Source of the DNA: Sminthopsis crassicaudata
Taxonomy: Eukaryota
DNA length: 64,000 nucleotides
Assembly: GCF_048593235.1 (NCBI RefSeq)
Contig: NC_133620.1
Location: forward strand, 455,605,261-455,669,260
Direction of reading: 5' to 3'
This document shows positions 50,031 to 62,910 of this stretch, piece by piece (positions within the stretch are counted from its first letter, which is position 1; the number at the start of each line of letters is the position of its first letter). Both the position numbers and the translations under genes were made by a program. The notes below the pieces were generated by a model. It was not told where the DNA came from. It saw only the letters and a program-made list of their open reading frames with translations, and made no database searches.

Positions 50031-50400
50031 GAAGTACATGCTTGCACATGCATATACATCCCCATACACACATGAACATGCAAACACAGCACAACCCATA
50101 TATGTGTATACACAGAGAAACACATACAATTGTCTTATACACCTACACATAGACACAAGCACATGCACACACACTAGACACATATACATGTGCATATGTA
50201 CACAGGTACAGGGCACATGCACGCACACAACACACACCCATGCATGTATGCACATAGAGAAACACATGCACACAGTCATCCATATACACATACACCCATA
50301 CATGTGTACATATGGAGAAATACATCCATACACTCATACACAGGACATGTACATACATGTACGTGCACATATAGCGACATGCACACATGTACACATATAG
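49972..50400. repeat. (CA)n microsatellite followed by a degenerate CA/TA purine-pyrimidine tract
   Basis: Perfect CA run 49979-50022, then about 380 bp of cacatacatg-like alternation; source of the spurious CVCV/HTHT ORFs. Confidence 0.93.
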
Positions 50401-50864
50401 ATGAACACTCCTTAAAACCACTGAGCTTCTGCTGTTGTAGATTTCAGATTTTCACTAGAGCTTTGGGAATCCCTCGCTTGTTCACACTGAGTTAACCCAT
50501 CAGTCAATAAGCATTTATTATGCACTTGCTGTGTGAAGCAGCATGACAGAAGGAATAGACAGCTGGCCTTAAAGCCAGGAAGACTTGGGTTCCAGCCTGC
50601 CTCTGAAGTGTATTTAGCTGCATGACTCAGCCTAGTCTCTTAACCTCTCAGAGTCAGACTCTCTCGGTCACCAGAGGAAGCTGTCTGCATTGGTAGAGGA
50701 TAGATCTCTGTGGGAGAGCTCCACACTGAAGAAATCACAGATCAGATTTTTTTTTTTAAATGGTAAACTGACAAAAACAAAGCTGTCCCTGCCCTTAGAG
50801 AGCATACATTCTACAAGGGAGAGACAACATGTACACATGAAAAGAAAAATATATACAATATGAC

Positions 50865-51655
50865 ACATAAAATGCATATTAATATAAATAGAAGTGTGTA
50901 ATATACCATAGATATAATATAAAATGTTTAATACAATAATGGGATATATAATACATATAGTATGCAAGATGTATTGTATATAATGATGATATACAATATA
51001 TAATATGTAAGGTATGTTATATATTAATATAATTATATAATATATAGTATATGTAATGCATATGGTATATAGTATATGTAGCATATATAGTATATATGAC
51101 ACAATAATATCACATGTTTGTATAATATACAATAGATGTAATATGTAAGATATAATGCATATTAATATGATACAATAACAATATACTATATATAATATAA
51201 TGATATTGCATGATAATGTAGCATAGTTAATATAATTATGTAATATATAGCATATGTAACATAAAATGTATATTGTATAGTAATATGATACAATTGTATA
51301 ATATACAATACATGCAACATGCAAGATACATTGTATATTAATATAAAATTAATATAATTATATAATATACAATGTATGTTGTAAAATAATATGACACAAT
51401 TGTAATATACAATACATGCAAGATACATTGCATATTAATATAGAATTGATACAATTACATAATATACAATGTATATTATATGGTAATATGACACGATTAT
51501 GTAATATATATAACATATGCAAGATACATTGTATATTAATATAGAATTAATACAATTACATAATAGACTATATATAATATACAATATATAGTGTATAATA
51601 ATACAATTAATACAATAATGTAATCTATAATATATGTAACATACAAAATTCATAC
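50865..51655. repeat. AT-rich low-complexity tract with an internal about 100-bp repeat
   Basis: Almost only A/T; gcaagatacattg recurs at 51321, 51418 and 51519. Confidence 0.9.
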
Positions 51656-53599
51656 AAGGTGATTGGAGGCATTAGTAGTCAGAGAAGTTGGTGTAGAAGG
51701 TAGCATTGGAGCTTAATCTTATAGGGAGCGAGGGATTCTGGAGTTGGGGGATGGGGCTGAGGAGGAAAGGATTTATTCGACACTCTGTACCAGGCAATTT
51801 ACAGATATGATCTCATTTAATACTGGGAGTTAGGGGTTATCATTATCCCCTTTTTATAGTTTAAAAAAACTGAGGCAGAGAATGAATATCTCAACCAGGA
51901 CCATATAGCTAATAAGTCTTTGAGGACACATTTGAACTCAGGTCCTCCTGACTTCAGGCCCAGTGCTGGGGATACACTGACATTTGGGTGCCTTTAGGAA
52001 AGCTGATAATAGCTAGAGATCACGGGATCATAGATTTCCAGTTGAAGGAGGCCTTAGATAGAAAGTGACCAGTCCACCCTCTTCATTTCAGTTGAGAAAC
52101 TTTGGCTCAGAGAGATTTAACTCTTTGCCCAGGGTCACACAGGTAAAAAAATATTGGAGCTGGGTTAGAACTCAGGGCCCCTGACTCTCAGGCAGTTCTC
52201 TTCCCCCTGTGCTAACTCCCTCTCCCTACTTCCCCAGAGCTCAGTCTGTGGTGGAGGCTCTGCAGGGCCTCTCCAGTCCCACACCCACCCTGTGCCTGCT
52301 GCCATTTTCTGCCTTAATTCCCTGGCTCCGGGCCAGGCCTCCAGGTCAGGCCTCCAAGTCAGGCCTCCAGGTCAGGGAGGCCCTCCTCCTGAGACCTCCT
52401 CCCTGGCCTGAGACTTAAATCCAGTCTTGCGTCCCTTCCCCCCTTCCCTTCTACTTGTCTTTTTTTTTTTTTTTTAAGATAAGACTTGTGATTCCAATGG
52501 TGTTGGCAAGGCCCCCAGTGAGGAAATTCCTTTTTGCCAAAGCAGATCCTGCTCCTTGGCTGCCTCTGGCAGTCACCTGGAGACATCAAGGAGAGGAGTA
52601 AGTGACTTGGCCAGGGTCACACAACCAGTACCAGTCAGTTTGGGACTAAACGCTCAGAGATCAGCAGCTCTACCAGCTCGGAGGACATCAGAGGCCATGT
52701 AGTTAGACTAAGGGCCAGTTAGGGGCAGCTGGATGTGAAGTGGAGGACACTCAGGGCCTGGAGCCAGGGGGATCCAGGTTCAAATCCAGTCTCAGACACG
52801 CACTGGCTGTATGATCTTGGACAAATCACTTAATTTGCCTCAGTTTCCTCATCTGTAAAATGGGGATTATAATAGCACCTAACACTCAGGGTTGTTGTGA
52901 GGATCAGATGAGATAATTATAAAGTACTTAGCACAGTGTCCGGCACATCCACATCGTAGGCGCTTTGAAAATGTTATTGTAAAGGCCATTAAGCTGTACC
53001 TCCAGGGGTGTAGGGGATTTCTAAGAAAGAGAATCCCTCCTTTCACACCATTGCTCCCGGAAACTCTTCTAATAGGGAGCTAAAGGAAGCAGGAAAGCAG
53101 CACTGAGTGGCCAGCAGAGACCCATTTCTGATGTTAACTTCTTTATTGGTAGTTCTGCAAAGTAGATAAAGAACTCGCTCCTGCCTGAACATCATTCCCT
53201 GTGACCTTAGCTCTCTGGGTCTCAGTTTCCCTATCTGTAAATTGGGGAGGTTGGACTAAAAGGCTCCTAAGGTCCTTTGAGCTTCAGAACTAAGATCATG
53301 TGACTAAATGCCACTTATGATCCATGTTGGCTGTGTGGTCCTGGGCCAGTCATTCATCCTCTCAATGTTCTAGGACACCCTCTTAGCTGATCAGCTACAG
53401 AGAAGGCAGAAGCCGAGATCTCAGGTCCAGTCCCTATCTCTGTCTCCTCACTGAAACCCCACCCCCACCCCCAGCTAGATTTCTTTCAGGCTTGGACCTG
53501 TGAGTTGGTGCTTACCTTCAGAGGCTTTGTTAGTATCCCCTTACCCTCTTGAGGCTGGCTGGTCCTGAAGACATGGAGTGGGTTCCAGGTGCTAGGCTA

Positions 53600-53636
<37 letters not shown>

Positions 53637-55779
53637 TAGTCTAAGAACCCCAGGGGTCTGTTCTGTAGCCAGAGCTCTCAGCAGTAGGTGGGTCTTGATT
53701 AAGAGGCATCAGGGCTTTGCAAATAACTTAGAGGAGGCTCCTCCTTAAGAAGAGAAAGGGGACCAAGAGGCTGGAGGTTGAGGGCAGGCTCCCTGCAGGT
53801 CCTGGGCTGTAAGAAGCTTTAAAAAAGCAGGTCCCTTGCCTAGGGAGGACCCTGGTCTTTGAGCTGAGAGGTCCAGAGGCCGTTTGTCCCCAGGCCAGCG
53901 AAGAAGGCTGAGCTTCTCAGGAAGTGTTAGGGACCCGGAGCTGTGGGTAAGAGGATATTTGTCCTTTACATCCACACATAAGCCATACGTTTCATACCTC
54001 TTCACTTCCGGCCTCCTGGGAATAGGGAGCCGGCCACTGGGCTAGGCCAGAGGGAGCCAGGGAGGAGGGAGTTGGCACCAGAGAGCGAGGGGTCCCCAAC
54101 GTGTTCCTTTGTGGTCCACAATGACAACACTGTTGTGTCCCATTGGCTAGCCTTTGCTTCTGAGTTCTGCAACATGCTTGACTTTTGGTGCATGTGGATA
54201 AAATGGCGGGGGGCCAGAGCTCCTTTTCCCTTCCCTCCCCCCCACCTCCAGCCCTGGTCTCTCCTTCCCTCCTTCCCTCCTTCCTGCTGACGAACCCTGA
54301 GAGCAGAGATGCTATTCACACTAATTCTAGGCCTTTCATTCGGACTTCTGGGGGCTGTGGGGTTCGACCATCCTCAGAGATTTTGTCTCCAATTTTTCCT
54401 CATCCTTGGAGGAGGAAGCCAAATCTGACAGAGCTGACTCTCTGCCCCTGAGCTGGCCCCAAGAGTCTAGGTCCTCCTGAGCCTGAGTTCTGTGCCCTGG
54501 GTGGATTCAGAAAATATAACCAGACGGGACGGTTACTTGCTGGCTTGCTCAGCCCCTTCCTGGAGAATTAAGGTGAAGAGCATTTTCCCATGAGACTTTT
54601 GGTGGTTGGGCCCCACTGCTTGGGCATGATTTTACTCTGGGTATTATCCTCCCCTACCTGCCCTGCCTGTGACCCTGCTTCCTGCTGTCCCACTGGCTGG
54701 CCAGTTAGCCGGGCTCTGCTCCTGTCTGTCAAGGGTCTGCTTCCTGCTGCAGAGTGCATGAGTTAGACTCGGCCCTTACTCACTCTTCCACATGTCTACG
54801 TCCCTCCCCTTTCATTATCTCAACTTCTCTTTTGGGGGGACCCCCACACCTGATCTAGAACTGGAGTACGTCCTTGCCAGATCCACTCCCTTAAGTTGCC
54901 TCCTAGTGGAGTTGAAGGGCCAGCTGTTGGGGGGCAGGAAACAGCTTTGCCATCTCAGTCCCTCCAAGCTTTTCCCACCAAATGCCCCGGGGAGCTCATC
55001 AGCAGCTCCCCTCCCAACCAGGGATCCATGACTGAGCCATAATGCATTCACTATGTCCTGTGATCTACAGAGCCTGAGTGACATATTAGATAATTGGGTG
55101 ATTAATACCAATAATAGTACGAATTATAAAAACAGTGATTTGCATTTATATTGAAGGCTCAACCCACAAAGCACTGTGCATATTATCTCAATTGATCCTC
55201 GAACCAATCCCATGCAGTTGGTGCTATTATTATCCCCACTTTACAGATGTGGAAACTGAGGCTGACATTCAATGATTTGCCCAGAATCCCGTAACAAATA
55301 AGTAGCTAATAATGTGAACTCAGGGTTCTCTCATTCCAAGCCCAGCACTCTAGCCACCTGCTCTCTAGAATCAGAATTGACAGGGACTGTGGGAGTCAGC
55401 TAGTCCAACGTGGATTGACCAGGATTATCCCCTCTAGGACATCCTTAACATGAGATGCTCCCGTCATCACTTGAAGACTTCCAGGAATAGGAAGGACCTA
55501 CTTTCTAGAGGCTGGGCAACTCGCAGCTGTGGATGGGGCCCCTTCTTTCAGCTGTGCCCCTCACACAAATATTTCTTCTCTTCCCTTCTCCTCCCTCTTT
55601 TTTTCATCGTCTACCCTCTTATTCCCTTTCCTCTCTTTGCTCTTTCTCCTCCAACTAATGGGCCTATAAATGGTGCCCTGTCCCTCCCCCCACTACCATG
55701 AACCTAGAAGGAAAGCTTTGAGGGTGACATATCTCAAGCATGGGTATCTGTCTAGGTCTTCTCTCTAGTAATCAATAAG

Positions 55780-56330
55780 CATACTTCTATTAAGCCATAA
55801 TACTATATGCTAAGCTCATTGTAAGTTTGGGGGCTACAAAAGGGGAGCAAAGACAATCCCCGCCTTCAAAGAGCTTACAGCCTAATAGGAGAGACAACCC
55901 ACAAATAAATATTGATAAAGCAAACTAAATAGAGGATAAATAAGAAATAGTTAGCATAGGGAAGGCATTGGAATTAAGAGGGCTTGAGGTAGGATTTTAC
56001 TGGGAACTTAAAGGAAGCCATGGAGATCAGTAATCAGAGAAGGGAGAGCACTCCAGGCTCAAGGGACAGCCTGGAGCTGAGAGCTGAGTGTCTTGTTCAC
56101 AGAAGAGCCAGGAGGTCAGTATGGATGGATGGAAGAATATACAAATATAAGAAGGCTCAACAGGTGGGACGGAGGTAGGTTAGGAAGGGCTTTGAATGCC
56201 AAATGGAGCATTTTGCATTTGATTTGAGAAGCAAAACGGTATTCACTGAATGGAAGAATGCCATGATTAGGAGACTTTTGCTTTAGGAAGCTTGCTTTAG
56301 TGGTTGAATGGAGAATGGAGTGGAGTAAGG
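55780..56330 (-). mobile_element. L2 3' fragment
   Basis: L2 3' signature (taatcaataagcat...gccttcaaagagcttacagcctaataggagagaca). Ends approximate. Confidence 0.55.
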
Positions 56331-57961
56331 CAGACAGAGCCGCCAGTAGGCTAGTGCACGAGGCAGCTGGGAAATGGCAGAACCACAGCCCTGCAGGCGG
56401 CAGCCCTTCTGGTGGGTTTAAGAGAGCTTTGCCCGTCTGGAGTTTTCCAGATTATAAAGGCCAATGAAATAGTTAACGAGCACTAGTCAGTGTTTGCTCT
56501 ATACTGGGCACTGTGCTAATCACTAAAGCTACAAAAGCAGAAATGACCCCATCCCTGCCCTCAAAAGGCTTATGTTCTGCCCAAAGAGACTTCTACCCAT
56601 TAACAGAATGTTAGGAAGGAGATAGGGACTGGACCTGTGACTGGCAGAGGGAATTCCCAGGAAACTCCCATCCTCTCTGCAATATCTAAGAGATGTCTGG
56701 AGTCCCAAGAGGGTCCCACGGACCCCTCGGAGTTGGGGCTCCTCAGAGCTCTCATTCACTAAACCTCACTCAGTGTCTACAAATATAACATGGATCTAAG
56801 GTGAATGTGACACGGCTTTGGGAAGCAGGGCCCTGGCTACTGGAGGATTGAGGCTTCACGTACAAGATTGCCACATTTATATAGTGCCTACTGTGTGTGA
56901 GGCACTGTGCTAAGCAGTTTATGAACACTCTCTCATTTGATCCTCACAGCAACCCTGGGAGGCAATGCTATTACTATCTTCATTTTACAGATGAGGACAC
57001 TGAGGCAAACAGAGATTATGGGACTTGGATAGAATCACACAGCTAGTCTGAGGTTGACTATGAACTTTTTCTGACTCCAGGCCCAGTGCTCCATCCATCT
57101 CGGTGCCTCTGCTAACCAAATGATGGCCCAAAGATGGCCTTCAAATCATGGGGAGGTCTCTCCTTTTTGCTCTCCAGCCCCAAGACCTTGGAAATTCCTA
57201 CAAAAGAGACACGGTCTTGGGTTCTAGGGTTAGGTTTAAGGTTGGTAGAAAGAGCCTTCCTCCCTTCTTTAGGGAAGGTTACATTAGCCAACCTTCATCA
57301 TGGCAAGCTAACGTGAGCTGCAAAGCCAGTGACAGATGAAGGAAGAGACCTTGTCCCATTGAATGGCAGGAAAATGAGTGTCCTGGTCTCCTCCTTCAAT
57401 TCAATTCTAGTCTGGGAGTTTTAGTTTTAGATTGAACTTGCAATTTCATTGCCAATGAAGAAACTCTCTGTTGATGCAAAAAATCTCAATTTCTACTCTT
57501 TGAGAGTTTCCTGGGGGCCCAGAGAAATTGTGCCTTGTCCAGGGTCACCTGAAAATTGGTACGTCTCTGAGGCAAGACTTGAATCCAAGTCCTTCTGATT
57601 CAGAGCCCGGCTCTCTCCAAAGACTGAGAGGGACCAGACATTCTCTGGAGGCCGGGTCACCAAGTCTTCCCTCTCTACTCACCCACCTCTTGGAGAGTGG
57701 AACCCAGAGATAAGTGGATACGTTTCTGTCCTTTCCTCTCTCTCCGCCAGAGTATTTAATCCTATCAAAAGAGCACAGGCAAAATAGGAGAGCCTCTGTC
57801 TTTATCTTTCCTGCCTCCTACAGAGATTCCCTGTCCCCTCCTTGAGACCTTCAGCCTTCTGCTAAGTGCTGAATCTGAGCTGCAGCTCCAGGAAGCTAGG
57901 CCTGGCCCAGCCCTGGATGCCGTGCTCACAGCACTGACCATCACTCGTTCCCTTGTCTTAG

Positions 57962-58112
57962 ATGCTGGGGACATGATTGAGATGCAAGGCTTTGGGCCAA
58001 GCCCGCCAGCCTGGCAGTTTGAGCCTCCAATCGGCCGAAGCTCCTGTCTCTCCTGTTCTATCCGAGGTTCGCCCTATGACCCACCCAACTATTGCAACTG
58101 TGCCCAAGACAG
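57962..58112 (+). CDS. SGSM2: SGSM2 exon 13
   Basis: tcttag|AT; (D)AGDMIEMQGFGPSPPAWQFEPPIGRSSCLSCSIRGSPYDPPNYCNCAQD(R); donor gtgagt. Confidence 0.94.
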
Positions 58113-58816
58113 GTGAGTGGAAAGTCAGCTGGACCTCAGGTGGGGGGGGGGGGGCTGAGAAAAACATGGAAATATGGGGAGGGGTAGGTGGGAAACCAAG
58201 GAACTTCAAATCTTCATCTAGATGTCCTTTCCTCTGTGTGCCTCCTTAAATGGCTTTCTGTGAATTTGTGTGTGCTTCCGAGCAGCTGAAAGTATGTGCC
58301 CATTTCTGTCTCATTGTCTTTGTGCTTCTCTCAATGTGACCAGTCAGTGAATATGTGATGAGCACCTACTATGTGTAAAGCATGAGGTAAGACATACCTA
58401 GCATTGTGCTTCTCACAGGCCTTGCACTGTGCACATAGGAAGTTAATAAACATTTGTACAATTGCATTGTGTCTCTTTCTGAAATTTTGTAATCTCCATT
58501 ATGAACTCAATAATATCAGCAACAACATATTAAAAGCCTTAAATGCCATCATACTTTTTCAAATGTGTACATTAACTTTAACCAAACAGCACAAATGTAT
58601 TTTTACTCTAGAGTCCTTTCTGATTTCCTTTTTGTTTGTGGCTTTGTTTTTATTTTCATTATCTGAAAAAGTACACAGCGTGTAGTTATTAACCATAAAT
58701 GAGCACAACATTGCTTGCCAGAAATCTGGAAGTAGATTTGAATTGTCAGTTGGGTTTATTTGCTTTTTGCTTTTGGAATATGAAAAGTTATTTTTGAAAA
58801 AAAAAATGCTGATTTT

Positions 58817-58955
58817 GGGGGCAGCTAGGTGGTGCAGTGGATAAAGTACCAGCCTTGAAGTCGGGAAGGCCTGAGTTCCAATCTGGTCTCAGATATTTAA
58901 CACTTCCTAGCTGTGTGACCCTGGACAAGTCACTTAACCCCAATTGCCTCAGGAA
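58817..58955 (+). mobile_element. WSINE1-like SINE
   Basis: Full-length; long TSD aaaaaaaaatgctgatttt. Confidence 0.9.
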
Positions 58956-59637
58956 AAAAAAAATGCTGATTTTTGCCATCTGTTCTGACCAAGTGAGAAG
59001 CAGTATAGGGTAGTGGATAGAAAACTGGCCTCCCAGTGAGGAACATGTGAGTTTAAACCCATCTCTGGCAACTGTCCAAGACCAGAAAATGAAGAGGCAG
59101 TGTCCATTTAAATCGATATAAGAAGTTTTTTCTTTCTGTCCATCCCCTTACAAGAACTCCCTATTCTGTTGAAATCACAGCTTCCAGTAAACAAACAAAC
59201 AAACAAACAAAAACAAAACAAAACAAAAAAAACCCTCTGATTTGATAAGGTCCTACACTGATGTCAAACTTAAATTTGTCTTCACCACTGCTATCCATTG
59301 CCCCTCTGGGGCTTCATATTTTAATCCCTGGTCTTGCCACAGCCTTTCTAATATCTGAAGGCAGTTATCCTCTTCCCCCTTAGTTTCCTCTTATCCAAGG
59401 AAAATCTTTTTCATTCTGTATCATAGATTTAGAGCTGAAGAGACTTTTAGATTTATTTCTTTTACAAATGAGGAAACTGAGGTCCAAATAAATTTTTAAA
59501 AAACTTTCCCAAAGTTTAGTGTAAGGTAGCAGAAACAAATCAAATCTATTTCCTCAGCCTCTAAATTTAGCCCTTTTCTACTACATCATTACCCATTTTA
59601 CAGGTGAAGAAAGCAAGGCTTAAAAAGATGGTGACTT

Positions 59638-59797
59638 GGGGGCAGCTAGGTGGTACAGTGGTTAGAGCACTGACCCTGAAGTCAGGAGGACCTGAGTTCA
59701 AATCTGACCTCAGATACTTAACACTTCCTGGCTGTGTAAACCTGGGCAAGTCATTTAAACCCCAATTGCCTTAGAAAGAAAAAAAAGAAAAGAAAAG
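59638..59797 (+). mobile_element. WSINE1-like SINE nested in an older MIR/Mar-like element
   Basis: Full-length; 17-bp perfect TSD aaaaagatggtgacttg (59622-59638, 59798-59814). Confidence 0.9.
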
Positions 59798-60936
59798 AAA
59801 AAGATGGTGACTTGCTTGAGATCACTAAATGAGTTAGCCAGGGAGGTAGGATGGAAACCCCCTGAACTCTGGCATACTGAACTCCTCTTTACCCCACTGC
59901 ACCCCACTAGTGTCTCCCTGTCTGTCTCCATGTTTATTTCCTTGTGGCTGTGGTGTCTCTGTGAGTGATTCCAGTCTGTTCCTCTGTTTGTGTTTCCCTG
60001 CACTTCTTCTGCTAACCTCCCCTGTATTCAGCCAGGAGAGTATGGCTGCCATACCCAAAAGATCCCACAATAGCATATTCACGGGCCGTGCCTCGAGTGC
60101 TCGTGGCTAGATCTCTGTAAATCTCAGACCTTTCTATACTGACCCATGGGATTATAGACCAGACTCCATCCTGCTGTCTGCAGCCTCTGTTGGACCTCCC
60201 TGTAAGCACATTCAGAGCTCAAGTTCAAGGCTAAGATCCCCAGTGGCCAGCATATAGTACATGCTTACTAAATCCTTATGGATCTATGGATCCACTTATT
60301 GCCCAAGGGCGCCCTCCACTGGTGGCCAGGCCATGAAAATTAGGCTGCAAAAGCTGAAACTGTTTTCTTGGCTGGAAATAGAATTTCTTTTTATGAGAGA
60401 TAGGTGAACTGACTCTTCCTCAGATATTGGGCAAGGACAAAGCTATAAGAACAGGAACCTCTCCCTGGGTCTCAAGAGAATTAGAAAAAAGGATTCTGGG
60501 AGGTCCCTCACCTTAATTGGGCACCAGGGGAGAGGGACCACGCTCTTGGAAGTTCTTCGAGGCAGCTCTCCCTCTCAGGGCCTCGGCAAGGTGAGCCAGG
60601 GAGTCTATATCTTGATTTCCCAGAATTCACCTTTCAGGGCTTAATTCACTTTTTACAGAGGAGCCAGCCAAAGCCCAGAGAAGTGACTTGCTTAAAGTCA
60701 CATGACAAGGAGATAGACCAGGTGGGAGAGGCTGAGGGAAGTGTGTTAGCCAGGGGGACCTGAGCTCAGGTGGTAACCACCACAGGTGCAGAACCAGACC
60801 TGCCTCCAAAGCTTGGAGTTCTCTCCATGGCTCCCCAATCTCTCCCTGAGGCTTGCATGGGAAGGGGGGGGGTTGTCAGCTGCAGCAGCTGGCCTCCGAG
60901 TCTGTGACCACTGGCCGGTGGCTCTCTCTTCCACAG

Positions 60937-61001
60937 GATGCCCCTGAGACTGCTGTGTGAAAATATGAAGAGGCAGATCATGTCCCGGGCCTTCTATGGA
61001 T
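60937..61001 (+). CDS. SGSM2: SGSM2 exon 14
   Basis: ccacag|G; [21 protein letters not shown](W); donor gtgagt. Confidence 0.96.
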
Positions 61002-61138
61002 GTGAGTGAGATGGAAGGGGAGAAGGGAGGCTGCCCCTGAGAAACACCATTTCTACCCCCCTCTTCAGCCCCAACCTTCCCATAGGGGTCAATTTTAAGT
61101 CTCCTGCCTCTCCTCCCTCTCCTCCCTCTCCCTCTCAG

Positions 61139-61284
61139 GGCTGGCGTACTGCAGACACCTGTCCACTGTCAGGACCCACCTGTCGGCCCTGGTCCATCAT
61201 AATATCATCCCACCTGACCGGCCCCCAGGAGCTTCTGGAGGGCTCACCAAGGATGTGTGGAGCAAGTACCAGAAAGATAAGAAG
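61139..61284 (+). CDS. SGSM2: SGSM2 exon 15
   Basis: ctctcag|GG; [48 protein letters not shown]; donor gtttgg. Confidence 0.95.
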
Positions 61285-61344
61285 GTTTGGGAAGGATTCT
61301 GGGGGGGGGGTACAAGGGAGGGTGAGGTGTCATGCCCAGGTGAT

Positions 61345-61712
61345 AAGATCCTCTTCTCTCCTCCTCTATCTACATTCCTTCCTACCTTCTTTCCTTTTTT
61401 CTCCTTTCCTTTCCCTACCTTTTCTTTTCCTCAATCCCTTCCTCTTTTCTCTTTTTTCCTTTTTTCCTCTTCTCCTTTCTTGTCACTTCTAACCCTTTCC
61501 TTTCTTTGCCTTTCCTTCCCCTTCTCTTACATCCCTTATTTTTCCCTCTTCTTACATTTTTCCTCCTCTCCTTCTCATTTCTCATTTCCTATTTCCTTGC
61601 CTTTCCTTCCCCTTTCCCATATCCCTTCTTTTTTTTCTCCTCTTTCCTTTGTTCCTCTTCTTTCTTCTCATTTCTTCTTTTCTTTTCCCCCTCCCTCTCT
61701 CTCCCTTCCTTG
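61345..61712 (+). repeat. Polypyrimidine (CT-rich) low-complexity tract
   Basis: About 370 nt almost entirely C/T in SGSM2 intron 15. Confidence 0.9.
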
Positions 61713-61719
61713 ACTACAG

Positions 61720-61848
61720 AACTACAAGGAGCTGGAGCTTCTGAGGAGAGTGTACTATGGGGGTGTGGAACATGAGATCCGAAAAGACGTCTGGCCTTTC
61801 CTGTTGGGACACTACAAGTTTGGCATGAGCAAGAAGGAGATGGAGCAG
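61720..61848 (+). CDS. SGSM2: SGSM2 exon 16 (TBC domain start)
   Basis: ctacag|AAC; [43 protein letters not shown]; donor gtgaag. Confidence 0.96.
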
Positions 61849-62197
61849 GTGAAGGAACATGGCGTCCAGGGTCACAAAGGGCTCCCCAATCAGACAAGGC
61901 TCAGACTCACTCCCCCAGATGGCATCTGACAGCCCTCCAGCAAAGTCTGCCAAAGTAAAAGAAGTAGAGCAGCCCCAGGTCTGCTTCTGTCTGGGCGATC
62001 TGCAGATCTAAGCCCTGTACTCCCTTCAGTTGAATGATTCCTATACCCCTGGGGCCGCCCCAGTCCTACTTTTTCCCAAACTGTTCATCCTGGGAGAGGC
62101 AGACTTGGGTATGGGCCTGGTCCCCAGTTGGAGAGGGTAGAAGCTTATTCCAGGGAAAGAAGGTCTCAGCATAACCCAAGCTATTCCCCAAGTACAG

Positions 62198-62380
62198 GTA
62201 GATGAGGCTGTGGCAGCCCGATACCAGCGGGTCCTGGCGGAGTGGAAGGCCTGTGAGGTGGTAGTCCGGCAGCGGGAGCGGGAAGCCCACCCAGCCACGC
62301 TCACCAAGTTCTCCTCAGGCAGCAGCATCGACAGCCACGTCCAGCGCCTCATTCACCGAGACTCCACCATCAGCAATGAT
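62198..62380 (+). CDS. SGSM2: SGSM2 exon 17 (gene continues beyond window)
   Basis: gtacag|GTA; [61 protein letters not shown]; donor gtgagt. Confidence 0.96.
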
Positions 62381-62724
62381 GTGAGTCCTGGGAGCAATAG
62401 AGGAACAGGCAACTGGGGGGCAGGGCTGGAGAAAGGGATAGATTGGACAGGGACCTTATTGGCAGCCACGGTAGTCACCCATAGCTTGTGTCAACTCTGG
62501 AAGAGGTCTGGCTTCCCATTCCTGGTCTTTGGACCGTGACAATAATGAGGCATCAGACAAGTTTTTATTTCATTATTTAGTGTTGAAGCGTTTTTAATGC
62601 ACCCACTATGTGCCAGGCACTGGATTAAGTCCAAAGAGCTCATATTCTAATGGGGAAGGATAACACATAAAGGAGGAACTAGCAGCTGAAGGAGGGTACT
62701 ACCTATGAGGTGGAATAATTTGTA

Positions 62725-62910
62725 AGTTTATTTTTAATACACATTGATTTATGATCATGTTGAGAGAGAAAAATCAAAACAAAAAGGAAAAAACCATGGG
62801 AAAGATTTTAAAAAACAAACAGAAAAAAAAGTGAAAACATAACATTTGTTGATTTATATTCTTTTCCTGGATGCAGATGACATTTTCTGTCCAAAGTCTA
62901 TTGGGATAAG
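62725..62910 (-). mobile_element. L1 3'UTR fragment
   Basis: Similar to parts of the antisense L1s at 17931 and 41758 (gatgcagatgacattttctgtcc). Ends approximate. Confidence 0.55.

Noticed and set aside
50668-51653. Tyr/Ile-rich ORFs up to 218 aa
   Set aside because: Translations of AT-rich low complexity.
10374-59797. tRNA-like A/B boxes at many positions
   Set aside because: All are SINE heads followed by CORE or SINE bodies and A tails, not tRNA genes.
61253-61775. Phe/Ser/Pro/Leu-rich ORFs resembling membrane proteins
   Set aside because: Translations of the polypyrimidine tract.
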